DNA of 64,000 nucleotides from Gemmatimonadota bacterium. Lineage in GTDB: Bacteria; Gemmatimonadota; Gemmatimonadetes; Longimicrobiales; Gaopeijiaceae. The notes below the pieces were generated by a model. That model was not told the origin of the DNA. It made no database searches and worked only from the letters and a program-made list of their open reading frames with translations. A program made the position numbers and the translations under genes. Position 1 is the first letter of the stretch. The number at the start of each line of letters is the position of its first letter. The stretch is taken from the NCBI GenBank assembly GCA_039589315.1, contig JBDHHQ010000015.1, positions 1 to 64,000 on the forward strand, read 5' to 3'. This document shows, piece after piece, positions 48,144 through 57,280 of the stretch.

Positions 48144-49487
48144 CTAGGCGCTCTGGATCTCCTCCAGCACGCAAGCGGTCAGCGTTGCGATGCCCCATTC
48201 GGCCTGTGCGTCCGTCAGCATCGCGGGGGGCGTGAGCTCCACCACATGGCCGACGTCCCCGGCAGGTAGGACGATCAGGCCCTTTGCCAGGGCTCGCTCC
48301 GCCACCGCCGCCCCTCCACCGGCCAGCGGCAACCCATCCGGCGCTGCCAACTCCACGGCCAGCATGAGACCTCGTCCACGCACTTCTCTCACACCGTCTG
48401 CCCCGGCGAGGGCATCCACGAGGCCTCGCATCAACGAGTCGCCGCGCGTCCGTACGCGTCGGAGCAGGTCCCCCTCCTCCAGCTCGTCGAGGAATCCCAG
48501 CGCCGCGGCGGCAGACAGCGGGTGCCCGAGGAAGGTGCTGGTGTGCAGCGCCTCACCGCTGGCCTTCGGCCAGGCATCCATGACTTCTGCCCGCGCCATG
48601 CACGCGCCGATCGGCAGTCCCCCTCCCAGAGCCTTCCCGACGCACAGCACGTCGGGAACGGCGTCGTCGGCCGGACCGGCAAACAGATCCCCGGTGCGCC
48701 CAAAACCGGTGAACACCTCGTCCATGACCAAGACGCAGCCTGCGTCCCTGACGAGGCGAGCGAGCTCGGAGAGGAAACGGCGTGGTGGGACCAGAACACC
48801 GGCCCGGCCCTGGATCGGTTCTACGATGACCGTGCCGATAGGGTGGCCACCGGGAGCGCCGACGTCGATGAAGCCCGCCACCTCCTCCAGCGCCCGCGCA
48901 GCCGAGGCGTCGTCCGTGGGGAACGACGCGAAGGAAACCCCCGAGAACAGGCTGTCCCGGAACGGCGCCCGGAAGTGAGCCCGGTGAGTCACCGCCAGGG
49001 CACCTGCCGTCAGGCCATGGTAGCCACCCCGGAACGACAGCACTCCAGAGCGGCCGCTGGCCAAGGCACCGGTCTTCAACGCCGCCTCCACGGCTTCCGA
49101 CCCCGATCCGCACAGCAGTGTGCGGGTCCGGTTCCAGGGCGAGAGGTGGGCGAGGCGCTCCAGCAGCTCGACCTTTCCGGCAGGGGGGTGCACGTCACCC
49201 ATTCCGTGCACCAGCTGTTCCGTCTGGGCCGCGACCCGGGCGGTCACCAACGGATTACGGTGGCCGGCCAGGGCCACACCGAACGCGCCGGTGAAGTCCA
49301 GGAAGACGTTGTCGTCGGCATCCCGCACGTTGGCCCCCCTGGCCTCCTCCCAGAAGACGGGGAAGGCCTCGCCGAGGAACGTGACGTTGCGCGACTCCAC
49401 CGCGCGCAAGCGGCCGGCCAACGCCTTCGATGCTCGGCCTGGCACCGGTCCACGGAGCCTGGGCAGCTCCATGCCGAAGTCGGTCAT
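48144..49487 (-). CDS. Class III PLP aminotransferase
   Basis: SGSEAVEAALK, YHG, EPIQGRAG, DEVFTGFGRTG, GKALGGG, HTSTFLG. Confidence 0.92.
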   Translation of the reverse strand: MTDFGMELPRLRGPVPGRASKALAGRLRAVESRNVTFLGEAFPVFWEEARGANVRDADDNVFLDFTGAFGVALAGHRNPLVTARVAAQTEQLVHGMGDVHPPAGKVELLERLAHLSPWNRTRTLLCGSGSEAVEAALKTGALASGRSGVLSFRGGYHGLTAGALAVTHRAHFRAPFRDSLFSGVSFASFPTDDASAARALEEVAGFIDVGAPGGHPIGTVIVEPIQGRAGVLVPPRRFLSELARLVRDAGCVLVMDEVFTGFGRTGDLFAGPADDAVPDVLCVGKALGGGLPIGACMARAEVMDAWPKASGEALHTSTFLGHPLSAAAALGFLDELEEGDLLRRVRTRGDSLMRGLVDALAGADGVREVRGRGLMLAVELAAPDGLPLAGGGAAVAERALAKGLIVLPAGDVGHVVELTPPAMLTDAQAEWGIATLTACVLEEIQSA

Positions 49488-49503
49488 GATCCCCCCCGTG
49501 GCA

Positions 49504-50655
49504 TCACCGGCCCAACCTCGCGGAGACCCAGAAGAGCAGGCCGGCCGTGAAGGCCAGCGCCAGCACCGCGCCGATGGCCCCCCCTTCCTGGACGCCGAGG
49601 AACCAGGCCGCCAACGTCAGTGCCAGACCGGCGGCCACCACCACGGGCCGCGAGCGTGTCACCAGTGCGTACCACAGCCAGACGGCCCCGTACGCAGCCA
49701 CCACTATCGACGTCCCGATCTCCTCGAGGTCCAGCGGCTCCGCCGCGGTCCAGAAGGCGAGCAAGATGCCCAGGGTGACCGCCAACCCCAGCTGACGGCC
49801 GTACCACGTGCGCTGGAGCGCTGGCGGCGCCCGGTGGATGCCCCAGAGGGTGAGGGCCACGGTGATCACCCACCAGAGATCCGCGGCCACCGCTGCCCCG
49901 TCGTCCAGATTCAGGGGTGCCAATGCCGTCAGCAAGACCAGAATCAGGCCGGCGTAAACGCTCGCGACGAATGCGTTCAGGGCCCAGTCCGACCGCGGCT
50001 CGCCGTAGCCGGCGCGAATCTGGTGCACCAGCAGCAGAACCGAGACCACCAGCACGCCGTCCAGCACCCAGACGATCTCGTCCAGGTGCATGCCCAGTCC
50101 CCGAGCCATGAAGAGACCGAGGAAGGCGTAGCCGAATGCGGCGTGGACAGCCGGCATGATGGGATTCCGCCGGATCGACAGCCACGCCGTCACCAACGGC
50201 ACCCCGAGTCCGACCCCGGCCACCGCCATCGCCCCCGGGCTGGCGTTCTCCCAGGCGTGCTCCGAGTAGGCCACCGCACACAGGAGGATGCCCAGACCCG
50301 CGGTCTGCATGAGGTACGAGGCGGGAATCCACCGATCCCGCCTCTCGAGCCACATGCCCAGGAACTTCACCGCCAGCGCGGCGACGATGAGGACCATGAC
50401 CCTGGCTTCCTCCACCATCACGGGCCAGGCCCACGCCACGAACGTGCCGGCCGCGGTGAGGAGGACCACCGCTCCTGTGCCCGCCACGATGTACTGCACC
50501 CAGCGAGTCCCTGCCCGGGCCGTGGATTCCTCGACCTCCGCCCGCAGCGCGTGGGCCAGCTCCGGCGCCACCAGGCCCCGGGCCTCCCATCGATCGAGGG
50601 CCGCCAGCACTGCACCACGCGTGGACGCTATCCTCGCCTCCCTTGGTCTCGACAC
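49504..50655 (-). CDS. DUF2157-like integral membrane protein
   Basis: LDRWEARGLV N-terminus, FVAWAWP, many TM segments. Confidence 0.75.
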   Translation of the reverse strand: MSRPREARIASTRGAVLAALDRWEARGLVAPELAHALRAEVEESTARAGTRWVQYIVAGTGAVVLLTAAGTFVAWAWPVMVEEARVMVLIVAALAVKFLGMWLERRDRWIPASYLMQTAGLGILLCAVAYSEHAWENASPGAMAVAGVGLGVPLVTAWLSIRRNPIMPAVHAAFGYAFLGLFMARGLGMHLDEIVWVLDGVLVVSVLLLVHQIRAGYGEPRSDWALNAFVASVYAGLILVLLTALAPLNLDDGAAVAADLWWVITVALTLWGIHRAPPALQRTWYGRQLGLAVTLGILLAFWTAAEPLDLEEIGTSIVVAAYGAVWLWYALVTRSRPVVVAAGLALTLAAWFLGVQEGGAIGAVLALAFTAGLLFWVSARLGR

Positions 50656-50838
50656 ACCGGGCTGGGCCGGTCACCGCCAGGGCACCAGCCCACACGATAT
50701 GGCCTCGGTAGGAGCCTGGGGCTGCTCTCGGGTCGAGGCACCGCAGCAGGACCCGGGGGTACCAGGGGCCCCAATGGCCTTGCCGGGTCCCCGGTGTTCA
50801 CGACGCCGCTTCCCAGACACAATCAAGGAGACCGCACC

Positions 50839-52113
50839 GTGTGGGACAAGGATCGTAGCCGTAGGATCGGCGGCCGTGAGCTTCGGCCCGAAAGCCTGAT
50901 GATGAGCTACGGGTACCGGCCGGAGTGGTCCGAGGGCGCTCTCAAATCGCCCATCTTCCAGACTTCGACTTTCGTCTTCAAGACAGCCGAAGAGGGCAAG
51001 GCCTTCTTCGAGATCGCCTACGGACTCAGGGAGAGGGGCCCCGAGGAGGAGCTGGGGCTCATCTACTCCCGCCTCAACAATCCGTCGCTGGAGATCCTCG
51101 CCGATCGGCTCACCCTCTGGGACGGCGCCGAGGCCTGCGCGACGTTCGAGAGCGGCATGGCCGCCATCTCCACCACCGCCCTCACCTTCCTCCGACCCGG
51201 CGACCTGCTGCTCTACACCCAGCCTGTCTACGGGGGCACCGAGTACCTCTTTCGCCACATCCTGCCAGGGTTCGATATCGAGACACGCGGTGTGGAGGCG
51301 GGCGCGGGCACCGAAGCCATGGCCGAGGCCGTGCCTGCCGACGAAAGGCGCCGCCTGGCCATGATCCACGCGGAGACGCCGGCCAACCCAACGAACCACC
51401 TCGTGGACATCCAGGCCTGCGCCGCTCTGGCCAGGGAGTCGGGCACCGCGGAACGGCGGTGCCTGGTGGCGGTGGACAACACGTTCCTCGGCCCACTGTG
51501 GCAGCATCCACTGCAGCACGGCGCCGACCTGGTCCTCTATTCGCTGACGAAATTCGTCGGTGGTCACTCCGATCTCATCGCCGGCGCGTGCCTCGGCAGC
51601 GCCGAGCTGATCGGGAGAATGAGGGCGACGCGGACCTTCCTGGGCAGTATGGCCGGTCCCTGGACCGGTTGGTTGCTCCTGAGGAGTCTCGAGACGCTGA
51701 AGCTCCGCATGACGTGCCAGATGAAGAACGCCCGCTACTTGGCGGATTTCCTCGACAGCCACCCCAAGGTGGACCGTGTCCATTACCTGGGACATCTGAC
51801 CGAAGCCGACGCCGACTTCGAGCTCTACCGCAGGCAGTGCCTCTCGCCGGGGTCCATGATCTCGTTCGAGGTCCACGGAGGAGAGGCCGAGGCGTTCAGA
51901 TTCCTCAACGCCCTCGAGCTCATCAAGCTGGCAGTGAGCCTCGGAGGGACCGAGTCGTTGGCCGAGCACCCGGCAACGATGACCCACTCGGACATCCCCC
52001 CCGACGACCAGGGCGAGATGGGCATCAAGCCGGCGATGATCCGGCTCTCCGTGGGAGTCGAGCACCCGGAGGATCTCATCGCGGACATCGAGCGCGCGTT
52101 GGCGGCCGTCTAG
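50839..52113 (+). CDS. Cystathionine gamma-synthase / methionine gamma-lyase family PLP enzyme
   Basis: PIFQTSTF, YSRLNNP, SGMAAI, ETPANP, DNTF, YSLTKFVGGHSD, AVSLGGTESL; AAGGAG RBS. Confidence 0.93.
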   Translation: MWDKDRSRRIGGRELRPESLMMSYGYRPEWSEGALKSPIFQTSTFVFKTAEEGKAFFEIAYGLRERGPEEELGLIYSRLNNPSLEILADRLTLWDGAEACATFESGMAAISTTALTFLRPGDLLLYTQPVYGGTEYLFRHILPGFDIETRGVEAGAGTEAMAEAVPADERRRLAMIHAETPANPTNHLVDIQACAALARESGTAERRCLVAVDNTFLGPLWQHPLQHGADLVLYSLTKFVGGHSDLIAGACLGSAELIGRMRATRTFLGSMAGPWTGWLLLRSLETLKLRMTCQMKNARYLADFLDSHPKVDRVHYLGHLTEADADFELYRRQCLSPGSMISFEVHGGEAEAFRFLNALELIKLAVSLGGTESLAEHPATMTHSDIPPDDQGEMGIKPAMIRLSVGVEHPEDLIADIERALAAV

Positions 52114-52114
52114 G

Positions 52115-53074
52115 CTACCAGACTACGACCCAGGTGGTGAGGATCAGGTAGCACATCAGGAGGATGACCCCCTCCCACCGGCGGATCTGGAACCGTGGCC
52201 GGGCAAGAGGCAGGACCAGCACCGAGAGCAGGATCACCGCGGGTAACTCGATGGCCAGCACCGTCTCGGCGACGCCAAACGGCCGAATGACGGACGCCGT
52301 CCCCAGGACCGCCGTCAGGTTGAAGATGTTGGAGCCGATCACGTTGCCTACGGCGATGTCGGCCTCCTTCCGCAAGGCCGCCACCACGGACGTCGCCAGC
52401 TCCGGCAACGACGTCCCCACGGCCACCAGGGTCAGGCCGATGACCAGGTCGGACACGCCGAGCTCCTGCGCCAGGAAGGTCGCGCTGTCCACGATGGCTT
52501 CGCCGCCGACCACCAGGCCCACCGATCCGGCGGCGATGAGAGCCATGTCTTTGAGCGCCGACTTCCCGGTGAGATTCGCCAAGGCTCGGGCGAAGCGCTC
52601 GTACTCACCGACGACCTCGTCGGTCTCTTCGCTCGCGCTGCGGAGCACGAACACGAGGTAGGCCACCAGGGTGACGAGCAGGATCACGCCGTCGGACCGG
52701 CTGACCACGAGATCGCCCATCACCGGGTACATCATGGCGGTGATCAACAGCATCACCGGCACTTCACGGCGGAGCACCGTCCCGGAGACCTTGAGGGGCA
52801 CGATCACCGCAGTGATTCCCAGGATCAGCCCGAGGTTGGCCAGGTTCGAACCCAGCACGTTGCCGACGGCCAGGTCCCCATTCCCCTTGAGGGTCGCCAC
52901 GGTTGCGACGACTAGCTCCGGCGCCGATGTGCCGAACGAGACCACGGTGAGGCCGACCGCGATGGGCGTGACACCCAGGGATGCGGCCAGACGCGCGGCG
53001 CCTCGCACCAGCCATTCCGCACCGAAGTAGAGGGCCACGACCCCGCCCAGCAGTATGAGCAGCTGCCCGATCAA
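52115..53074 (-). CDS. Calcium/sodium antiporter (CaCA, YrbG-like)
   Basis: GTSAPE and GTSLPE alpha repeats; GNVLGSN and GNVIGSNIFN. Confidence 0.93.
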   Translation of the reverse strand: MIGQLLILLGGVVALYFGAEWLVRGAARLAASLGVTPIAVGLTVVSFGTSAPELVVATVATLKGNGDLAVGNVLGSNLANLGLILGITAVIVPLKVSGTVLRREVPVMLLITAMMYPVMGDLVVSRSDGVILLVTLVAYLVFVLRSASEETDEVVGEYERFARALANLTGKSALKDMALIAAGSVGLVVGGEAIVDSATFLAQELGVSDLVIGLTLVAVGTSLPELATSVVAALRKEADIAVGNVIGSNIFNLTAVLGTASVIRPFGVAETVLAIELPAVILLSVLVLPLARPRFQIRRWEGVILLMCYLILTTWVVVW

Positions 53075-54834
53075 GCCGCTCTCCGCTTCAGCCAGACCGA
53101 CAGCTCGTCGAGAGAGCGAGTGTTCAGAACGTCGTCCTTCTCCAGCCAGCCCCGACGCGCCTGATCCACCCCCCAGCCCAGGTAGTCCAGGTGCTCGATC
53201 GCGTGTGCGTCCGAGTTGATCGCCACCGTCACGCCCAGCTCCCGTGCCCGCCGCACATGGACGTCCTTCAGGTCTAGCCGAACCGGGTTCGCGTTGAGCT
53301 CCACCGCGACGTCGAGCTCCTTGGCTGCCTGGAGCACGAGCTCCACATCGATCTCGAAGGGAGGCCTGCGGTTGAGCTTTCTGCCGGTGGGGTGCGCCAG
53401 GATGTCAACGTGGGGATTCAGCATCGCCTTCAGAACCCGCTCGGTCATCTTCCTCCTGCTCATGTCCATGACCGAGTGGACGGCAACGATGACCAGGTCG
53501 AGCTCCTCGAGGACGTCGTCGGACATGTCCAACGTCCCGTCCCGGAGGATGTCAACCTCGAGACCCCTCAAGACTCGAAAGCCTCTCAGGCGTCCATTCA
53601 CCTGGTCGATCTCCTTCCACTGTTCGCGGACCCTCTCGGGCGTCAGCCCATTGGACATGGCCATCGCCTGGCTGTGGTCCGTGATCGCCATGTACTCGTA
53701 GCCACGGGCCCTGCACGCCTTCGCCATCTCCCGGATCGAACGCCGACCGTCTGTCCACGTGGAATGCAAGTGGATGTCTCCCCGTATCTGGTCGACTTCC
53801 ACCAGAGAGGGGAGGCTACCCTTCCGCGCCGCCTCGATCTCACCGCGGTTCTGTCTGAGCACAGGGGGAATCCAGGGCAGGTCCACGGCCCCGAAGATCT
53901 CCTCCTCCGTCCGCCCGCCGACCCTCTCGCCGTCTTCGACGCCGAGCGTTTCGGGATCCGACTCCTCGGGTACCCGGAAGACTCCGTACTCACTGATCCG
54001 GAGGCCCCGCTTCACGCCGAGGGTCCGGACGGCCACGTTGTGTTCTTTGGAACCAGTAAAGTAATGCAGTGCGGCGCCGTAGGAGCGGGTCGGGAGAATC
54101 CGGAGATCCACGGGCAGGCCGGCCCGCAGCACGATGCTCCCCCGGGTCTCCCCTGCCATGGTCACCCGCTCGGCGCCGGCAAAGCCCACAAAGTGCTGCA
54201 TCACCGGGCCCCAATCCTCGTCGCACTGGACCAAGAGGTCGATGTCGCCCACCGTCTCCTTGCGGCGTCGAAAGCTGCCCGCCACGTCGACCCGCTCGAC
54301 CCCGGGAGCAGCGGCCATGTGCTCCACCAGCGGTTGGACCAGGGCATCGGCCTCGGAGAGAAGAAAGCGGCCGCCGTGCTTCCGGTGCTCTTCGATGGAG
54401 CGTAGGATCTTCTCCACGCTGCGGGCACCGAACCCCTCCAGGACGGCGACCTCCCCCTCCTTCGCGGCCTTCTCCAGCTCGTCGACCGTGGTCACGCCCA
54501 GCTCGTCCCAGAGTCGTCTGGCCTTCTTGGGGCCTACGCCCTCGAGCCGGGTCAGCGTGACCAGACTCCTGGGGATCTCCCGACCCAACGCCTCCAGGCG
54601 CTCGAGTCGGCCGGTGTCCACGAGCTCCTCGATGGCCGCCGCGATGTCCTTGCCTATGGTGGGAACCCGGGTCAGGTCTTCCTCCTCCGCGACCATGTCG
54701 GCCAAGGGTCGGCCGATTCCGCCGATGGTTTGGATCGCTTGCCTATAGGCGCGGATCCGAAACGGATTCGCCCCCTGGATCTCCAGGAGGTCGGCCAGCT
54801 CCCTCAGCGTCGAGGCGATCTCTAGGTTCTCCAT
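53071..54834 (-). CDS. polX: DNA polymerase X with PHP domain
   Basis: NPFRIRAY, AGSFRR..VGDIDLL, VDLR, FTGSKEHN; PHP motifs HLHS, TDHS, AHPTGR, NSDAH. Confidence 0.95.
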   Translation of the reverse strand: MENLEIASTLRELADLLEIQGANPFRIRAYRQAIQTIGGIGRPLADMVAEEEDLTRVPTIGKDIAAAIEELVDTGRLERLEALGREIPRSLVTLTRLEGVGPKKARRLWDELGVTTVDELEKAAKEGEVAVLEGFGARSVEKILRSIEEHRKHGGRFLLSEADALVQPLVEHMAAAPGVERVDVAGSFRRRKETVGDIDLLVQCDEDWGPVMQHFVGFAGAERVTMAGETRGSIVLRAGLPVDLRILPTRSYGAALHYFTGSKEHNVAVRTLGVKRGLRISEYGVFRVPEESDPETLGVEDGERVGGRTEEEIFGAVDLPWIPPVLRQNRGEIEAARKGSLPSLVEVDQIRGDIHLHSTWTDGRRSIREMAKACRARGYEYMAITDHSQAMAMSNGLTPERVREQWKEIDQVNGRLRGFRVLRGLEVDILRDGTLDMSDDVLEELDLVIVAVHSVMDMSRRKMTERVLKAMLNPHVDILAHPTGRKLNRRPPFEIDVELVLQAAKELDVAVELNANPVRLDLKDVHVRRARELGVTVAINSDAHAIEHLDYLGWGVDQARRGWLEKDDVLNTRSLDELSVWLKRRAA

Positions 54835-56903
54835 CACGGCTGGTCCGGGAGCACCCCGGCATCCTCCAGGAGCCGAATGAAGGCGGACTCGTCCAGGACC
54901 TCCACGCCCAGGTCCTGGGCCTTGGCCAGTTTCGAGCCCGGGTCCGAGCCTGCGACCACGTAGTCCGTCGCCTTGCTCACCGACCCGACGACGCGGCCGC
55001 CGGCCCCTTCTACCAGCTCCTTGGCCCGTGGACGGCTGAATCCCTCCAGGCCTCCCGTGAACACGAACTTCTTGTCGGCAAGACCGCCTTCCCCAGCCGA
55101 GGCCGCCGGCGGAATCAGCTCGGTCATGCGTTGCAGTACGTGCTCGATAGCCCGTGCGTTCTGCCCGTCGTCCAGGAACGCCCGGATCTGCTCGGACATG
55201 ATGGGCCCGATGCCGTCGACCTCTTCCAGCTCCTCGCGGGTCGCGTCGCGGACCGCTGCGAAGCTGCGGAAATGACGTGCAAGGCCCCGAGCCACCGTAG
55301 CCCCGACTTCGGGGATCCCCAGCCCGAACAAAAAGCGCGCCAGCTCCACCCGGCGGCGTGCTTCGATGGCCGCGACGAGGTTGGTCGCCGACTTGTCTGC
55401 GAAGCCGGGGAGCCGGACCAGGTTCTCCGCCTCGAGATCGAACAGCTCGGCCAGCTCGGTGACCAGCCCTTCCTCGACGAAGAGCCGGGCGGTTTCTTCG
55501 CCCAGCCCTTCGATATCCAGCGCGTGTCGCGACCCGAAGTGGATGATCCGGCCCTTTAGCTGGGCCGGACACCCGAAGCGGTTCGGACATACCACGAAAG
55601 GCCCCCTCGTCATGACCTCGGTTTCACACGCCGGACAGCGTGTGGGCATCGTGAACGGAGCCCCACGCTCCTGACCGTCCTCTTCGACCCTCCCCACGAC
55701 CTGAGGGATCACGTCGCCGGCGCGCTGCACGCGAACGAGATCTCCGGGTCGTACGTCTTTGCGCTCGAGCTCCTCGCGGTTGTGCAGGGTCGCACGAGAC
55801 ACGGTCACGCCCCCCACCTCCACGGGCCTCAGCAGCGCCACGGGCGTGATCACGCCGGTTCTCCCGACCGAGACGGCAATACGCTCGATGCGGGTGACCT
55901 CCTTTCTGGGCTCGAACTTGTACGCGATGGCCCAGCGGGGATGGTGGGAGGTCTCGCCGAGATCGACCCTGGCGTCGATGTCGTTGAGCTTGATCACTAC
56001 ACCGTCGATCTCGTAGTCTAGCTCGTCGCGGTCCCGATCGAACTTGTTCCGGTACTCGATGGCCTCGTCGATGCCGTCGACCAGGCTCACCCGGTCCGGG
56101 ATCGGCAGTCCCCACCCGCGGAGCGCCGCTACCCCTTGCGCGTCGTCCCGATGATCCGCCCCGCGCACGGCCAGGATGTCGTATGCGAGGAAGCGCAGCG
56201 GGCGTCGCGCCGTGATGGCCGAATCCAGCTGGCGAAGAGCCCCCGCCGAGGCGTTTCTCGGATTCGCGAACGGCTCTTCGCCGTTCTCCACCAACGATTG
56301 GTTCAGCCCTTCGAAGTCGCTCAGGTACATCAGGACTTCGCCTCGAACGCTCAGAAGGGCGGGTGCCGGGCGATCTTCCGTCCGAAGGCGTAGCGGCACC
56401 GACTGGATCGTGCGGACGTTGGCCGTGACTTCCTCGCCTCTCGTGCCGTTTCCTCGGGTCACGGCCCGCACCAGCAGCCCGTCCTCGTAAACGACCTCGA
56501 GCGACGCGCCGTCCAGTTTGGGCTCGAGCAGGTACTGCACCCTGCCTTCCACCGCCTTCCGCACCCGCTCATCGAAGCGCCGAACCTCGGCCTCGGACTG
56601 CGTGGAATCGAGGGAGAGCATCGGGACCGCGTGGGTGGCGGTCGGCAGCGAATCGACGGGCTCCGCTCCCACGCGTCGCGTCGGGGAGTCCGGTGTCTGG
56701 AGAGCGGGGTGCGCAGCCTCGAGGGCAGCGAGGCGACGAAACAGCCGGTCCCACTCGGCGTCGGAGATCTCCGGCCTCGCCTCCACATAGTAGAGGTAGT
56801 TGTGACGCCGGATCTCGGTCCTGAGCCGTTCGGCCTCCTTCTCGGCCTGCTCGGGCGAAAGGGCCCTGGGTCCTGCCTCGCTGGTCGAGTCGATGGAGGT
56901 CAC
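54834..56903 (-). CDS. ligA: NAD-dependent DNA ligase
   Basis: EPKLDG, TRGNG..GE, FANPRN, IDGVVIK, PRWAIAYKF, VGRTG, C4 Zn finger, BRCT. Start approximate. Confidence 0.96.
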   Translation of the reverse strand: MTSIDSTSEAGPRALSPEQAEKEAERLRTEIRRHNYLYYVEARPEISDAEWDRLFRRLAALEAAHPALQTPDSPTRRVGAEPVDSLPTATHAVPMLSLDSTQSEAEVRRFDERVRKAVEGRVQYLLEPKLDGASLEVVYEDGLLVRAVTRGNGTRGEEVTANVRTIQSVPLRLRTEDRPAPALLSVRGEVLMYLSDFEGLNQSLVENGEEPFANPRNASAGALRQLDSAITARRPLRFLAYDILAVRGADHRDDAQGVAALRGWGLPIPDRVSLVDGIDEAIEYRNKFDRDRDELDYEIDGVVIKLNDIDARVDLGETSHHPRWAIAYKFEPRKEVTRIERIAVSVGRTGVITPVALLRPVEVGGVTVSRATLHNREELERKDVRPGDLVRVQRAGDVIPQVVGRVEEDGQERGAPFTMPTRCPACETEVMTRGPFVVCPNRFGCPAQLKGRIIHFGSRHALDIEGLGEETARLFVEEGLVTELAELFDLEAENLVRLPGFADKSATNLVAAIEARRRVELARFLFGLGIPEVGATVARGLARHFRSFAAVRDATREELEEVDGIGPIMSEQIRAFLDDGQNARAIEHVLQRMTELIPPAASAGEGGLADKKFVFTGGLEGFSRPRAKELVEGAGGRVVGSVSKATDYVVAGSDPGSKLAKAQDLGVEVLDESAFIRLLEDAGVLPDQP

Positions 56904-57280
56904 GAACGCCTGCGCTGGGGAATACGGAGGCCCCGAGGCGCCGACGAGTGGTCTCAACCAACGCCCAGGGACCCGTGTCTGCTCTGCAGAGGACCCTACG
57001 GTAATCATCCGACGAGTGCCGCGGGAGGGGCTTGCGCCCTGCGGAGGCGGTTCACGCTGGTGAGACGGGGAGTGCCCAGACCGGCAGGAGCCTGGGGGGC
57101 GCCCATCCCAGAGCATCCGAGGCCCCTCCTCGGATCCGCTGGCGCGAAGCTGCCGAGCGATCCGGTGAGCGGCGTGGGAGACCCGACCGTGCGTCCGCGC
57201 TTCGGGGGATCATCCCTTTGTCGTCTCTCGCCGGGCCTCGTATGTTGGCCCGATCGTTTCGTCTGTACTGGAGGAATGGA

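Noticed and set aside
49120..50838. Long N-terminal extension of the 997-aa ORF
   Set aside because: It is an antisense shadow of the DUF2157 and aminotransferase genes; the real gene starts at 50839 after AAGGAG.
50710..57099. Shared 12-mer AGGAGCCTGGGG in two intergenic regions (about 50710 and 57087)
   Set aside because: Too short and GC-rich, with no extended similarity; compatible with chance.
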